From TPA_inf: Saccharomyces (Eukaryota), in contig BK006936.2 in assembly GCA_000146045.2 (NCBI GenBank), forward strand, positions 640,001 to 704,000: DNA of 64,000 bases, in the 5' to 3' direction. Positions 30,641-43,372 of this stretch are shown piece by piece. The first letter of the stretch is position 1. Every line of letters begins with the position of its first letter. The position numbers and the translations under genes are program-made. The notes under the pieces are model-generated. The model was not told the DNA's origin. It saw only the letters and a program-made list of their open reading frames with translations, and ran no database searches.

Positions 30641-33329
30641 GGAAGCAAAAAACATTGATAGTAAGAATGATAGGGGGTTAACCAGTATAACCAGTAACAA
30701 AATTTCCAACTTAAAAGCACATGATAACCATACAAGTTCAATGATTACTGAACATAAAAATGCTGACAAAGAAAAGGGGAAACAAGAAAAAGAGAGTAGA
30801 AATGGAACCACGCAATCAAGTAGTTCAGTAGAATCACACTCACCACAAGTAAGCCATCATTCAGATAAGCTCTCGTCCTTTGATTCGCCCTTACATTTGC
30901 CAAACTTTAGACTGGCGGATGACTTGTTCTCAAACTCGTCAAGACGATCATCTGACTCCGCTGCCTCATCCTCAGTATCCAAACTGAAGTCCGCTCAGCT
31001 TTCCAAAATAGGTCTACATCATCATCATACAAGTAATAATAAACATAGTCATAGAAGCGGAACTCCGACTTCCGAAGTGAAAGCTAATTACTCACCAGAC
31101 CCTTCTGCACCGCGATTCATTGTATCCAATATGGTCGGCAATGGCCGGGGAGGTGGTGGTCTACACGGTGCAACTTCGAACGTTGTCAAGAAACTCCATT
31201 CTAGAAAAAAATGGGACTGGAACACTTTACCGGCATCAGATTCTTCTCTTCTAATCAAAACCGTTTCAGGAAATCATAATTTAATCAACATTTGCATAGA
31301 CGGTGAATTCAAACAAATAATGTACGACCCGAATCATAATGAGCTCTTTAATAGAATGGACTTGTTTCTATCTTTTAACATGGACTCCTCGCCAGAAGAC
31401 TCTTTAATATTTGCCAAGAAAAGATTACGGTCGTACATTGATTTCCTAACAAAATATTTGGAATCTAGGAAATATGCATTTGAATGTTATCCATTTAACA
31501 TTGAAAACATCATAAATATAGAGACTGAGGTTAAATGCTTTCCATCGTTTGACCCGTTAAAAGATTATTCTGAAATTGAATCCTTGATTCAATTATGGTT
31601 GGCTCAATCTCAAAAATTTTTACTGCAATCAAATTCATTCTTCTTTTCATCTGAAGTAGTGGAGGAACTAATAAAAAGAAAACCAACCACAAGACAACAT
31701 TCTAATCCAACAATCAGCACCACCAGCAACAAGATCAGTGACCCTACATTATATATTCAGCAGTTAGATATAGAAGCAAACTCTCCAAGGCCAGTAATAT
31801 CGGATCCATTAGACGAAATTGACATCTTATTAATAAGACCGCTGCATAAAACCCTGGGCGGTTGGCAGCTGGCGTATGATGAACCAAGCTTGAACATCGC
31901 AGATTTCGCATTAGATTTATCTCCCTGGATGATTGACAGCAGTGACAATGACGCTCAGAATAAGAATGCTAGTGAAATTGCTCCTGAGTATTTAACAAAC
32001 TTACAAAATTATTTGCCACGAAAGGGTTCAAGAGCGAAAATAGTTTCTGACGAACAAGAAGTTATCGAATTGAATTCTTCCAATGCTTCAGAGTATATGT
32101 ATGATTGCATGAATAGAAAGTTCTTTACAGATGATGCAAAAGAACGTATTTCTAGAAACAACTTCAATCAGGGAGTTGAGGAAGACCCTCTAAACGACCA
32201 ATTCGCTTCAAGTAGATCTTTATCATTGCCGTCCTCGGGAGCAGATGCTGTCAAAAGGAAGAAGAGCCCTACCAAGGCTACTAAAAAATCTGGTTTCGTC
32301 AACTTTTTCAAGAGAAAGCATTCTCAACTTGCATCAACTTCACATACTACAAGCCCTTCAGTTTCACCTAGCATATCTTCTTCTTCTTCTCCAAAAATTC
32401 AACCACAGTCACATATCTCTAGTCCCCCTCGGACAGAGAAAGCTCCCCATGTCAAATCAGCCAACCAAGCACATCAAAATGAATGGTTGGAGAATTTTTT
32501 TTGCCGGACTTTGAACAACTACAAAGAAATCGATTTACCGACCCAATTTATTTTGCCAAAGGAAGTGAAGAGGTCCTCTAATGCACAACTTCAGCCTGAA
32601 GATGAACCACCTTTGTCATCACCAATATCCTCTAATTCGGATAACTCCTTTCCAAATGAAGGACTTGACAGGGCAAAAAGCGCAGCTATTTATGGTAAAG
32701 AATATTTAAAATTAAGACTGCCGTTTGCATCAGACACTATACCTGCTGTAATATGCCCGTGGGTCTGGACAAGTTTAAGTTATTATAAATGGAAAGCTCT
32801 ACTTAGGGAAATATACAGATCAATAATTCCTGGCGGGTACGCGCTGGCAATTGTTCCAGATTTAAGGATTTCAAACACATACTATACTGGAATTCTTGGC
32901 AACGCCGATGCCGAAAAAGCAAATAATTCATCAGAAGAGTTTTTGACTACAAAAGAACGGGACAAGACATTTGATGCTATGGCTATTGATGCGATAAATA
33001 AAGGCTTACATATCCATCCTACAAAACACTTAACGAGGACATTCAAGGATGTAGGGTTTACAGGCATCAAGTCCTCGGTCCTAAGTTTGAAAACTGGTGA
33101 CTTCAAAACAGATATGGGCTTTTTGAATGAATTTAATTCTTTAGATATGTGGGACTACATGTTAAGGAGGCAACTACCAGATAGTAGTTGTCCTCCAAAG
33201 GATACCGACCCCACCACTCTTTTCAAAAGATATGTGGAAGAACACATAGGAAAAATCGATGACAACGCTGGCTGCTTTAGAACTTTGTATGTGGTGGCGC
33301 AAAAGCCAAAGCTGCCATATACCAAATAA
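30627..33329 (+). CDS. 900-aa uncharacterised S-rich protein (YBR225W)
   Basis: Long ORF with extensive S/T/N-rich low complexity, a poly-His stretch ([12 protein letters not shown]), and a more ordered C-terminal third. I recognise no enzymatic motif. Confidence 0.75.
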
Positions 33330-33565
33330 TTGTGCCGCCGTTCCAATTTTTTTTTAAATTGTTCAAGAATTACTTCAATTTTTACTACTGGACAAAAAGC
33401 ATTATGATAAGGAGTAGTCTCCCAGTATCGTAGAACCAATTTGAAACACTTTAGCCAATATTTATTAATTTTTTTTACTTCCCATGGCATAGTACTTTGT
33501 AGGAAGATTATTTGTTCATTTACTACATTTATTACATCTATATTTATATATTCTATACCATTCAT
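33155..33565 (-). CDS. 136-aa ORF overlapping the YBR225W 3' end; probably non-coding (dubious YBR226C position)
   Basis: It overlaps a conserved-length gene on the opposite strand. Confidence 0.1.
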
Positions 33566-33571
33566 TTTTTT

Positions 33572-35134
33572 TTATGTTAAGCTTCTCTTGGGAATTGTTG
33601 GGGTATGAATGTTAGCAGAATGACCCAACTCTTTTTCTAGCATAACTCCTAATTTTTTATCTTCTTCAGAAACGTCACGAATTAAACTGTCCTTTTCATC
33701 ACCAGAATAGTATTTTACGTCCACTTGGGAAGCCAAAGAGTGCTCTGTTTCCTGTAACGAGTCGACAGTAGCTTCGTCGATTAAAACGTATGCTATGTTA
33801 GAACCCGGGCAATCATAATTAACGTTTAGCAGAAGTCTTTCCATTATCCCTCTCAACCCTCTGGCGCCAGTTCCTTCCTTGAGAGCAAATTGAGCAACTT
33901 TCTTTAGCGCCTTTTGTGTAACACACAATCTTACCCCAAATTGCTTAAAAATATATTCATATTGATCCAATAAGGCATTTTTAGGTTCTTTTAATATATG
34001 AAATAAATCGTCTCTTTGTAGAGGCTGCAGAGCAGTTATAATTGGGACTCTGCCAATTAATTCAGGAATTAGACCAAAGCTAACTAAATCTGTGGGGGTG
34101 GTCAAGTCTAAAGCACACACTTTTTTTCCGTTATCTAATTCAACCTGCTCAAGCGTATTGCTAAATCTGAACTTCTTCGCTCTTTCTTTTTCAACTTCTT
34201 TACTATTCGATGATTCAACAGACTCTCCTGCCTTCTGTATTTTCTTCATATCTTCTATCCTTTTAACAATATGCTTATCTAAACCAACAAAAGCTCCCAT
34301 AATCATGAAAAGAATATTTGAAGTGTCTACAACAAATACTTCGTCCTTCTTTGTTGTAGTTTGATTTTTTTGTCCGTCAATATCATGCTTAACAGGCCTT
34401 TTAACGGTAATTTCCACTTTATGGCCCTCAATGATTTTCAATAATGACTGTTGAACCCCTTCTCCGGACACGTCTTTAGTGCCAATGCTTGCGGCAGGCT
34501 TGGCTAGTTTATCAATCTCATCAAGAACAATAATACCTTTTTCTGCTCTCGCAACATCAAATTCAGCATTTACGAGCAATCTTTCAATGCATACTTCAAC
34601 ATCTTCACCTATGTAACCTGCTTGAGTCAATTGTGTACAATCTGTAATTGCAATTGGAACGTTTAATATTTTCGCCAATGTTGTTGCCAACAAAGTCTTA
34701 CCAGAACCTGAGGGACCAACGACAAGGACATTACTTTTGCTTAACTCTAAATCTTCGTCAACCTCTCTACCTGCTAAATTAAACTGTCTTTGAAGATTCC
34801 TCCAACCAGCCTTTGATTCGCTGTTTCCACTGAAAATTGGTTCATCCCTATCATCCGCGATTTTCTCTCGTTCCATCAATTCTCTCTGCCTTTGTAATTC
34901 CCCTTTCTTTTGCTTGTCATTGATTCTTAAATAGTGATTATAAACTGCCACGCTTAAAACCTTCTTACCAATCTCTTGACCAACAATGTACTCATCGAGG
35001 AATTTCTTCAATGCTTTTGGAGTGGGTATATTCGATAAACGAGACTGTGCCAGTTTCCCTGATGCTGTAGCAGCATATCGACCAATTCTACTAGAATAAG
35101 CTCTAAAAAAGTTTTGGCTTGCAGATTTCAACAT
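33572..35134 (-). CDS. MCX1: Mitochondrial ClpX-like AAA+ unfoldase, 520 aa
   Basis: Walker A motif GPSGSGKT, Walker B motif IVLDEIDK, and a ClpX-type C-terminal domain. It has an N-terminal presequence and is 520 aa. It matches MCX1/YBR227C. Confidence 0.88.
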   Translation of the reverse strand: MLKSASQNFFRAYSSRIGRYAATASGKLAQSRLSNIPTPKALKKFLDEYIVGQEIGKKVLSVAVYNHYLRINDKQKKGELQRQRELMEREKIADDRDEPIFSGNSESKAGWRNLQRQFNLAGREVDEDLELSKSNVLVVGPSGSGKTLLATTLAKILNVPIAITDCTQLTQAGYIGEDVEVCIERLLVNAEFDVARAEKGIIVLDEIDKLAKPAASIGTKDVSGEGVQQSLLKIIEGHKVEITVKRPVKHDIDGQKNQTTTKKDEVFVVDTSNILFMIMGAFVGLDKHIVKRIEDMKKIQKAGESVESSNSKEVEKERAKKFRFSNTLEQVELDNGKKVCALDLTTPTDLVSFGLIPELIGRVPIITALQPLQRDDLFHILKEPKNALLDQYEYIFKQFGVRLCVTQKALKKVAQFALKEGTGARGLRGIMERLLLNVNYDCPGSNIAYVLIDEATVDSLQETEHSLASQVDVKYYSGDEKDSLIRDVSEEDKKLGVMLEKELGHSANIHTPTIPKRSLT

Positions 35135-35294
35135 GAGTGTGAAATGTAATTAGAGTGCCTTGTCTTCTATGGTTTTGTTTGATGAGCCGTTTGCTTTTCT
35201 TTTTAATTTTAATATATACCACTGATGACTTATTCCCTTCTATCATCGAAAAAATATTGTCAAATTAATGTTCTCTTTTTTCAAAAAATATTAA

Positions 35295-36227
<933 letters not shown>

Positions 36228-36356
36228 GGCCTGACACAATTTTCGGTTCTTTTTTTTCTATAGATAATGGTTATATGTTATATTTACGGATATTTTTACG
36301 TTTACTTTGTAAGAAAGAGCTAAAAAGATGTAAAGATATCACTTCGTTTTTTTCCC

Positions 36357-39221
36357 TCAAAAAATAACTTCCCAATCTTCAGTTATGTCAAGCGATAGGT
36401 TAAGAATGGTGATCTTATTATCATTCTCATATGACGATCTAGTCGGCAATGAACTTTCTTCGCCATTTTTTTTGACTTTAATACTGTCTTTCAACGTTAT
36501 GTTGTGTTGTAAATTATTCTTTGCGATAATGATTTTTTCAATATTGGTATTCCTCAAAGTATTGTGGTGAATGCCTGTCAAATTCTCGGGAATATGACTT
36601 CGAACATTTTTTAAGGTATTGTTTTCGAAAATGAACTGAGTTTCTACGTACTCACCTCTTTGGTAGCCAAAAGTTTCTCCATCATCAACATAAAGATCTC
36701 CAACGGCTCGTCCCTCGGTATCAGGGGCTATAACTATTACATATGGATCGTTTTTCATTAACATTGAAGATCTTCTATACTTATCTTTCATAGTGATAAT
36801 GTGACCGCCTTCAATAAATAATGGAATTTTATCCAATGGTGCAGAAATATTCTTTTCTATCAAATCAGTACCATTGTTTATAAAAGAGTGTAAAGATGCG
36901 AATTCATAGAATATACCGGGTGGGAAAACCATTTCCGTTTCTGATTGACCAGGCTCCGTGACAGGTTTGACTAATAGACCTGAATTACTCCAGTAAAATT
37001 GGTTATCGATATGATACAATTCAGCAAATTCAGGGTGTTCAATAAACATTGGATTCATTATCGGAAATCCAGTGACACTTGATTTATGAAACATGGTGTA
37101 TAAGGTAGGTAGCAGGAAATATCTCAATTGGATAATATCACGTACTATCGACTTCAAAGGTTCATTGAATAAGTATGGTTCTCTTCTCTTGGTGTCTATA
37201 TGGGCGTGTGCTCTAAAAAATGGGTACCATAAGCCCGCTTGGTACCAACGTGCAATCAATTCAGGTGTAGGATCCTCAGCAAAGCCAGCTATGTCGGCTC
37301 CTATAAATGGCATACCAGCAATGTTGTTTGACAGAACCATAGGAATGGAAATCTTTAAGTAATCCCAATTGGCCACATTGTCACCAGTCCATGTGGCAGC
37401 AGTACGTTGAGAGCCGGCAAAAAAAGCCCTTGTTAGAAGGAAAGGACGCTTATCGGATGGTGAATAAATCGATTTTATTGCGTCGTAAGTAGCTTCATGC
37501 ACTGATAGACCATATATGTTATGGACGGATCTTTCCTCAATGTAATTGTCGTGAATCAAATCTTTTGGAGCTGTGGTCTCTGGGCCATCGAAAATCGAAG
37601 GCTCGTTCATATCATTCCAAATGAATAAATTAGTTAAATCAGCCGGCAGATCCATAAACCGTTCGAAAAAGGACTTCCAAATCTTTTGGCCATATTTGCT
37701 TATGGTATCAATCCATATAGAATTACCTGGCCAGCAATGACCTACATAGTCATTTCCATTGTGATCCTTGACTGCTACATTTTCATTAATTACCCTGTCA
37801 CTGATTTCATAATCTTTCTTTAAATGAGGATCGATTAGTACGACAAGATTTCTACCCAACTTTTTTAATTTGGATAACAGCCTTTTTGGATTGGGAAAGG
37901 AGTGCTGCTTCCAAGTAAAATATTTTTTGTCGTTCGTATACTCCAAGTCCAACCAAATAAAATCGTAAGGAATCATATGAGCATCCATCTGAGAGTCCAC
38001 TGTGAGAACGTCCATCTCATCATTATAATTCCATCTACATTGATGGTACCCTATAGAGGAAATGGGCGGTAAAAAGGGTCTACCAGTCAAATCGGTAAAT
38101 TTGTCAATGATAGTTGGAATATCTGGCCCCAGGGACATGACTACATCTATGACACCATTTTCGGAGATCCAATGAGTCATCGTTTTATTTTTACTGGTGT
38201 CATACTTTATGTCTACCCAAGTGTCAGCTGCATTGACCCAAAAGATAGATGTGGACGAAGATGAAAACATGAATGGGATCGAACCGTACATTGGTTGGCT
38301 GGTACCGATGTTGTACTCAAAGACATCAACGTTGAAAAGCCTGTAGGGTTCCTTTCCACCTGAAGTGTCCATCAGCCTTAGCGACGTCGCATGTTCCGGT
38401 ATACCGTAGACATTAGTAGAACCCATGAAAGAGAAATCTAGCGCAACCGATTCAGGCCCCAAAGGCATAGAGTCATGCTTTGAATACAAGAAATTGTCCT
38501 TAAACATGTTGAAAGTTGTTTCTTCTGGCAGCACGTGTGCGAAGTTTTCCTGCTTAGTTCTATGATGTTCAATGTTCAGGAAATTTTGCTCGTTTACAAT
38601 AAGTTTCAGCGCATTTTGCCAGTAAACTTTCAATTGAAAAGGTTCAGCAAAGATTTCTACGGATACATCACCGTTTCGAAGATGAAATGTGTCTGCAGTG
38701 GAGTTTGAAAGTGACAAAAATGAAGATATTTTCGACCAGAATGAGTTCACAGTTTGTTTTTGCTTAAGGAAGTGGAATTGTGGAATACTGGTCCTGTTCG
38801 CCTCCTCTTGAAATTTCTTGTCGAATGCGTACTTCCAGGTCTCATTGAACCGTTGTGAAGAGATCAACAAACCGCTGCTGTTGGTTGGCATTCTCTCTTT
38901 CTCATTTATAGTGAACCTTACTGAGTGATCCTGTAAAAAAGAGAGAGAGAATGGGAACTGAACGGCTATATCATCGCCCTCCAATCTTGGTATAGTTTTA
39001 ATTATGGTAGCATGAAGCACATTCTCTAAAGGATCGTGTGCAATAGACTCGGCGTCCACTTTGTAATAGCAGTGATGAGATTTGGCAATATTTTCTGCAT
39101 AAACCCTGTTTCTATGGCAAAACCCAGATTGCGCACACTTCTTTAATAGATAGTCGGTAAACGCATGCGAAAAAGCGGTAAAGAAGACCAATTGGCATAC
39201 GAGCCATTTCAAAAGGACCAT
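36357..39221 (-). CDS. ROT2: Glucosidase II catalytic alpha subunit (GH31), 954 aa, N-terminal signal peptide
   Basis: The 954-aa ORF begins with the hydrophobic signal MVLLKWLVCQLVFFTAFSHA. The GH31 catalytic region carries WNDMNEP and the GADIAGF-type motif. It matches ROT2/YBR229C. Confidence 0.9.
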   Translation of the reverse strand: MVLLKWLVCQLVFFTAFSHAFTDYLLKKCAQSGFCHRNRVYAENIAKSHHCYYKVDAESIAHDPLENVLHATIIKTIPRLEGDDIAVQFPFSLSFLQDHSVRFTINEKERMPTNSSGLLISSQRFNETWKYAFDKKFQEEANRTSIPQFHFLKQKQTVNSFWSKISSFLSLSNSTADTFHLRNGDVSVEIFAEPFQLKVYWQNALKLIVNEQNFLNIEHHRTKQENFAHVLPEETTFNMFKDNFLYSKHDSMPLGPESVALDFSFMGSTNVYGIPEHATSLRLMDTSGGKEPYRLFNVDVFEYNIGTSQPMYGSIPFMFSSSSTSIFWVNAADTWVDIKYDTSKNKTMTHWISENGVIDVVMSLGPDIPTIIDKFTDLTGRPFLPPISSIGYHQCRWNYNDEMDVLTVDSQMDAHMIPYDFIWLDLEYTNDKKYFTWKQHSFPNPKRLLSKLKKLGRNLVVLIDPHLKKDYEISDRVINENVAVKDHNGNDYVGHCWPGNSIWIDTISKYGQKIWKSFFERFMDLPADLTNLFIWNDMNEPSIFDGPETTAPKDLIHDNYIEERSVHNIYGLSVHEATYDAIKSIYSPSDKRPFLLTRAFFAGSQRTAATWTGDNVANWDYLKISIPMVLSNNIAGMPFIGADIAGFAEDPTPELIARWYQAGLWYPFFRAHAHIDTKRREPYLFNEPLKSIVRDIIQLRYFLLPTLYTMFHKSSVTGFPIMNPMFIEHPEFAELYHIDNQFYWSNSGLLVKPVTEPGQSETEMVFPPGIFYEFASLHSFINNGTDLIEKNISAPLDKIPLFIEGGHIITMKDKYRRSSMLMKNDPYVIVIAPDTEGRAVGDLYVDDGETFGYQRGEYVETQFIFENNTLKNVRSHIPENLTGIHHNTLRNTNIEKIIIAKNNLQHNITLKDSIKVKKNGEESSLPTRSSYENDNKITILNLSLDITEDWEVIF

Positions 39222-39548
39222 GTTGCATACGGTTGATTCGAGACCGCTATTTTAAGATACGCAGAGCAATCAAATAACTCCAAGCAACATGTTCATTGAG
39301 TTATAGCTCTCAAGTGCCGTAGTGAGAAAATGTCGTGGTCCGGGTAAAACAAATTAAGGGTACTTGAAATGAAAAAAGAATGATAGTAGACAGAAAAGCT
39401 ATTATATTATAGAAACTTATCACTTGACCGATGAAGAGGAAAGCACGTTTCCTTACAAATAAATCAGCAGTAATAGTTATAAAAATATATGTATATAAAG
39501 TGTGTGAGTGTGTGAGTGTGTGAAAGGATGTTATTAAATAGTATGTTA

Positions 39549-40050
39549 TTATTTCTTGTCGTATCTGGAGTAGTATTTCTTTGAAATTATACCGTCCAGC
39601 GTCAAAAGACCCAGAGCGCCGGCGGTTGTTGCTAAGACTGTAGAGTTAGGTTTCCCCTTCAAGAATCTGGCGTTGTGGTTCGCATACCCGTTACATAAAT
39701 AACATACCACTGAAGAATGCAGCAACAAGTTGACCAAGACAACGGGATTCTGAAGTTCTAAAAAGCATACTTTGGCAAAGTCTTGCGTCTTACTGACAAA
39801 AGCTTGGAGGTAGCCGCAAGCGACTGCTGATGCACTATTTAACCGTGCCTTCAGATATTCGATAGCGCATTCCTTCTTATTGTTGTGGTGGTGACCGTCT
39901 TCAGAGTCAGAATTTGGGCTAGCGTTACTGTCGTGTTTAGCACTGGGGAAAAGAAAGATGGTCATAGATGATATACGTTAGTCAAAAGAGAACCGGGAGA
40001 AAAGATTAGGCGATACGTTTCAGATATTAGTGTACATACGTTGCAGACAT
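39549..40050 (-). CDS. OM14: Mitochondrial outer-membrane protein, 134 aa; spliced, with an 11-nt first exon. Exon 1 is 40040-40050, the intron 39943-40039, exon 2 is 39549-39942
   Basis: The continuous ORF (39549-39965) starts with a non-conserved MTIFLFPS. On the minus strand, ATGTCTGCAAC (from 40050) is followed by GTATGT (5'ss). The branch site GACTAAC lies near 39985, and the 3'ss TTTTCCCCAG ends at 39943. Exon 2 starts TGCTAAACACGAC. The spliced product MSATAKHDSNASPNSDSEDG... (134 aa) matches OM14/YBR230C from memory. Confidence 0.85.
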
Positions 40051-40361
40051 ATTATGAGATGCTGGAGGTAGATGTTATGTTTCTAATTGTTGGAATAGGG
40101 TTACGTCGGCGGTTTCGGTTGAAGTGGGCACATTGATCGACACTTTATATACGCAGGGACGATTAACGGGAGAGGAGGTAGCGGCGGCGTCATTGGCCGC
40201 TGGCCCGGGGTAGTAGGGCAGGGAAAGGGGACGGTGAAAAAATAAAACGTAAGTGGGACAGCAGAGATTTGAGGAGTTGAGGCAAGAACAGAGGAGAGAA
40301 CGAGAAAGCGGATAAGCAACAAAGGAAAAGGAAACAAGTAAAAAAAAAAAAAGAGACTAGC

Positions 40362-40562
40362 ATGAGAAACGAATTATACCAGTTATGGTGTGTGGCGAGT
40401 GCAGCAAGAGGGGTAGCCAAGAGCTCATTCGTAAGGGCCAATTCGGCCATGTGTGAGTACGTGCGCACGTCCAACGTCTTGAGTCGCTGGACTCGGGACA
40501 GGCAATGGGAAGCAGCTAAGGCCCTATCACAACGGGTCAAGAAAGAGTATGCCGCCAATTAG
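40362..40562 (+). CDS. 66-aa small ORF (YBR230W-A position), function unknown
   Basis: 66-codon ORF starting at an ATG immediately 3' of a long purine-rich tract. Its length matches the annotated small ORF as I recall it. I have no sequence-level confirmation. Confidence 0.35.
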   Translation: MRNELYQLWCVASAARGVAKSSFVRANSAMCEYVRTSNVLSRWTRDRQWEAAKALSQRVKKEYAAN

Positions 40563-42178
40563 TGCACACACATACATATATTTTATATACTTACATATTT
40601 GGTTGCGTGGTATATAGAATCTCTCCTTTCGCTTCATGAATGAACTCATTCATGCGAAGTCAAAGGAAAAAAAAAATAAAAAAATAAAAGAGCGAACGGG
40701 AAGACGAGAGAAACATCAAGCGACCAAAGTAAAAGTCAAGAACGACTCCACAAGTGCGAGGGTCGCGACGTCTCTAACTTTAAAAACAGGCGTCAACCAT
40801 CAAGTCCGTTTCTTGATGCCGCCGGCATTCTTCAAATCCCTCCAAAAAAAACGCCTCTATGACATAGGCGGTTAATAAAACTGGCCTTGAAACAACAGAT
40901 GCAGTCATGGCTCTTCTCTTTTCCCAGCAAACGCCTTCCATTGCCTCCTTTTTTTCTCTTCCAGAACTCTCTCAGCAGTATTCTCACAAACACATCTCCT
41001 CCCCTTTAGCAAACCTCCATTTATATCCTGCGAGAAGAGCTCCTTCTCCTCAATGAGAAAATAAGCACAAAATAAACTGGGAAAAAAAATATAGTAAAAG
41101 ACGCCAGCACGTTAACAATGGAACACTCTTATTGTAGACCAACCCCACCCTACACCCCCTCAAACCGAGGACACTTCAAAAGGAAAATCAACAACTTTGG
41201 CCGATACTTGGGGGATAAGCAAGCTTATCCTATTACATCAAAAAAAGAATCGTAAGACACCTTTCCTTGCAAACCAAAAATCATAACAAAGTCGAAAAAC
41301 TTCCTCTTGCAGCGCCACCAGAAAAAGAAGACGAGCGAAGAAATCAACAATAAGAGCGCCCCATCCGCACTAGCACCCCATACCATAAATATTATCTCCC
41401 AACCTACTATAGCACCATTTCTTCCCATCGATAAAGAAAAACCAAATCCCGCGTTGGACATAAACGGCTCGGAAAGACAGGGAAGAGTATGAAGCAAAAA
41501 GCCAAACTAAGGGAGAAACAGAAAGCTAAAAAAAAGAAAATAGAAAACAACCAGAAGAAAACAAAAACAATAACCTTGAGCAACCGTCGTCTCAAAAACC
41601 AATTTCGAAAAACCATCATAAAAACGCCTTATGAAGAAACCATGAGCGAAGAAAAATAGCAGCAAAAAGTAGTGAGACCTGACATTAGCGGAAAACAACT
41701 TGCTTAAAAAGTCTCTTCCCGTCCATTTTATTATTTTGGGTGCCAAAAAATGTGTATTGTAACAAATTAAAAGGTAATGAGCCTCATTGAGGTCATTTCA
41801 GTTGTTACACTGAAAAGAACAGATACTACACTTGATCTAAGCCAAAAGGCAAAGAGATTCGTGGGGATTTAAAAAAAAAACAAGTAGAAACAAAATGAAT
41901 AAATCTGATAACAAGTAAAGTACTCATCGATGAAAAAATGAATGTAGAGCCCTTTTTATATGTTTTCACCGAGTGGCCCATCGGAAACGGCAAAAAAAAA
42001 AAAAGAAAGAAAAAAGAAAAGAAACATAGAGCGTTGCTAGGTTTTTTTTGCCACCCACACCCATACACCCCATTACTTTGTCTGCAGCATCGTTATACAC
42101 GTAGTGAAAGTGTGCAGGCCTCGGCGGTTAAAAAAATTTGAGCAGAAAAGCATGTTATTTAATACATGTAATATTTGT

Positions 42179-43090
42179 CTATGAAGCTTCGCTATCCTGC
42201 TGCAACTGCTGAGCAAGTTGTTGCCGGCGCAATTCTTTGTATCTCTCGTCCTCTGCAGACCCGACCCGCTGCAGAAATTCTTGCCGGGCCAAGAACCCAT
42301 CCTTGTTGTGCAGCACCAATTCGTCGTTAAGTCCAGCACGGTCTACATAACTAGCCCAGTCCAGCTGAGATTTTTCTAATGTCGTTAGCTTGGGTCGTAG
42401 CCCGCCAGAAATGATCTGCTCCAACAATGGAGGCCTTTTCAGTGGCCGTCGCAAGTGTTGCCGGCTTTCATTGGACTTGGTCCTAACTGCTTTTTCCAGT
42501 TGAACAGGAGCAGCAGGCGCCTGCTGCTTAAATTTCAAACTGTTTAGATATTCTTGACCCTCCGCACTGCTGCGTGAAACCCATTTTTTCTCATGGACAG
42601 TTTCACCAGCAAACTTGTAGTTTCTTTCGATGAGGATTTTGTCCTCCTGTTGCGCGGCCGTTGTCGACCTAGCCTCCTTGGAACCGTCGAGAACAGAGCC
42701 GACTTTCCCTGAACTGCTCAAAAGACGGTTCTTACTAGCTTCCTGTAGCTCCTCCCAGATGCTGTTTACTTTTGCAGGGATCGATTCAACAGTTAACGAT
42801 TCATACTTATGTGTTTTCGCATATTCTTCCTCAGCTTGCCGAGCTCTTCTAGTCTTGATCAGTCCGCCGCTCTCGCTCTCTATACGCGAATAGTCCACTT
42901 TATTTCTACCCTTATCTCTGTTCACACCGTCATCATAGTCGTCACCGCCATCGCTGGCATCACTATCGTCGCTACCACCACCTAATTTATCTTTTTCAGG
43001 CTGGAAGTCCTCGTCCTCCTCTTCTATGTAGCCGTCCTCGTCCTCGTCCTCCTTTTCGTTTGGTATAATCTTTGTCTCTACTTCTGGCAT
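42179..43090 (-). CDS. SWC5: SWR1-complex subunit with acidic N-terminus and BCNT-C domain, 303 aa
   Basis: 303-aa ORF starting MPEVETKIIPNEKEDEDEDGYIEEEDEDFQPEK with a poly-acidic stretch (DDSDASDGGDDYDD). The conserved C-terminal BCNT region follows. It matches SWC5/YBR231C. Confidence 0.88.
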   Translation of the reverse strand: MPEVETKIIPNEKEDEDEDGYIEEEDEDFQPEKDKLGGGSDDSDASDGGDDYDDGVNRDKGRNKVDYSRIESESGGLIKTRRARQAEEEYAKTHKYESLTVESIPAKVNSIWEELQEASKNRLLSSSGKVGSVLDGSKEARSTTAAQQEDKILIERNYKFAGETVHEKKWVSRSSAEGQEYLNSLKFKQQAPAAPVQLEKAVRTKSNESRQHLRRPLKRPPLLEQIISGGLRPKLTTLEKSQLDWASYVDRAGLNDELVLHNKDGFLARQEFLQRVGSAEDERYKELRRQQLAQQLQQDSEAS

Positions 43091-43372
43091 TTATAGGCTA
43101 GTGGGTTTTCTTTCTTGAAACAATATTATTCCAGTTTACGCCTTTTCGTCTTTTTTCTTACTTGTCGATTAATCCTATTCATCATCTTTAAACTTCGCTC
43201 TTTAATTCACTTTTTTTTGTCTTTCCCCGATATGGTACTTACACGAAATATCATGATACAAAAGAAAACACGTACATACTCGTCAAACGATAAATACGCA
43301 CCTAGTCGTTAGCCGCATAAGTAACCTTTTTCATATTCAAACTTATCCATAGCCACATCCACTCTAACAATT

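Noticed and set aside
40190-40558. 122-aa ORF antisense to the 66-aa YBR230W-A ORF and spanning the OM14 promoter
   Set aside because: It is a low-complexity translation of a pyrimidine-rich tract (LFLCCLSAFSF...). It is most likely a promoter poly-purine/pyrimidine element rather than coding sequence.
42051-42076. Telomere-like CCACCCACACCCATACACCCC read as a true interstitial telomere tract
   Set aside because: It is a single roughly 25-bp match, so it is too short to be a telomeric repeat array. It is more parsimoniously a Rap1-type site or chance C-rich sequence. I kept it only as part of the 40.6-42.2 kb finding.
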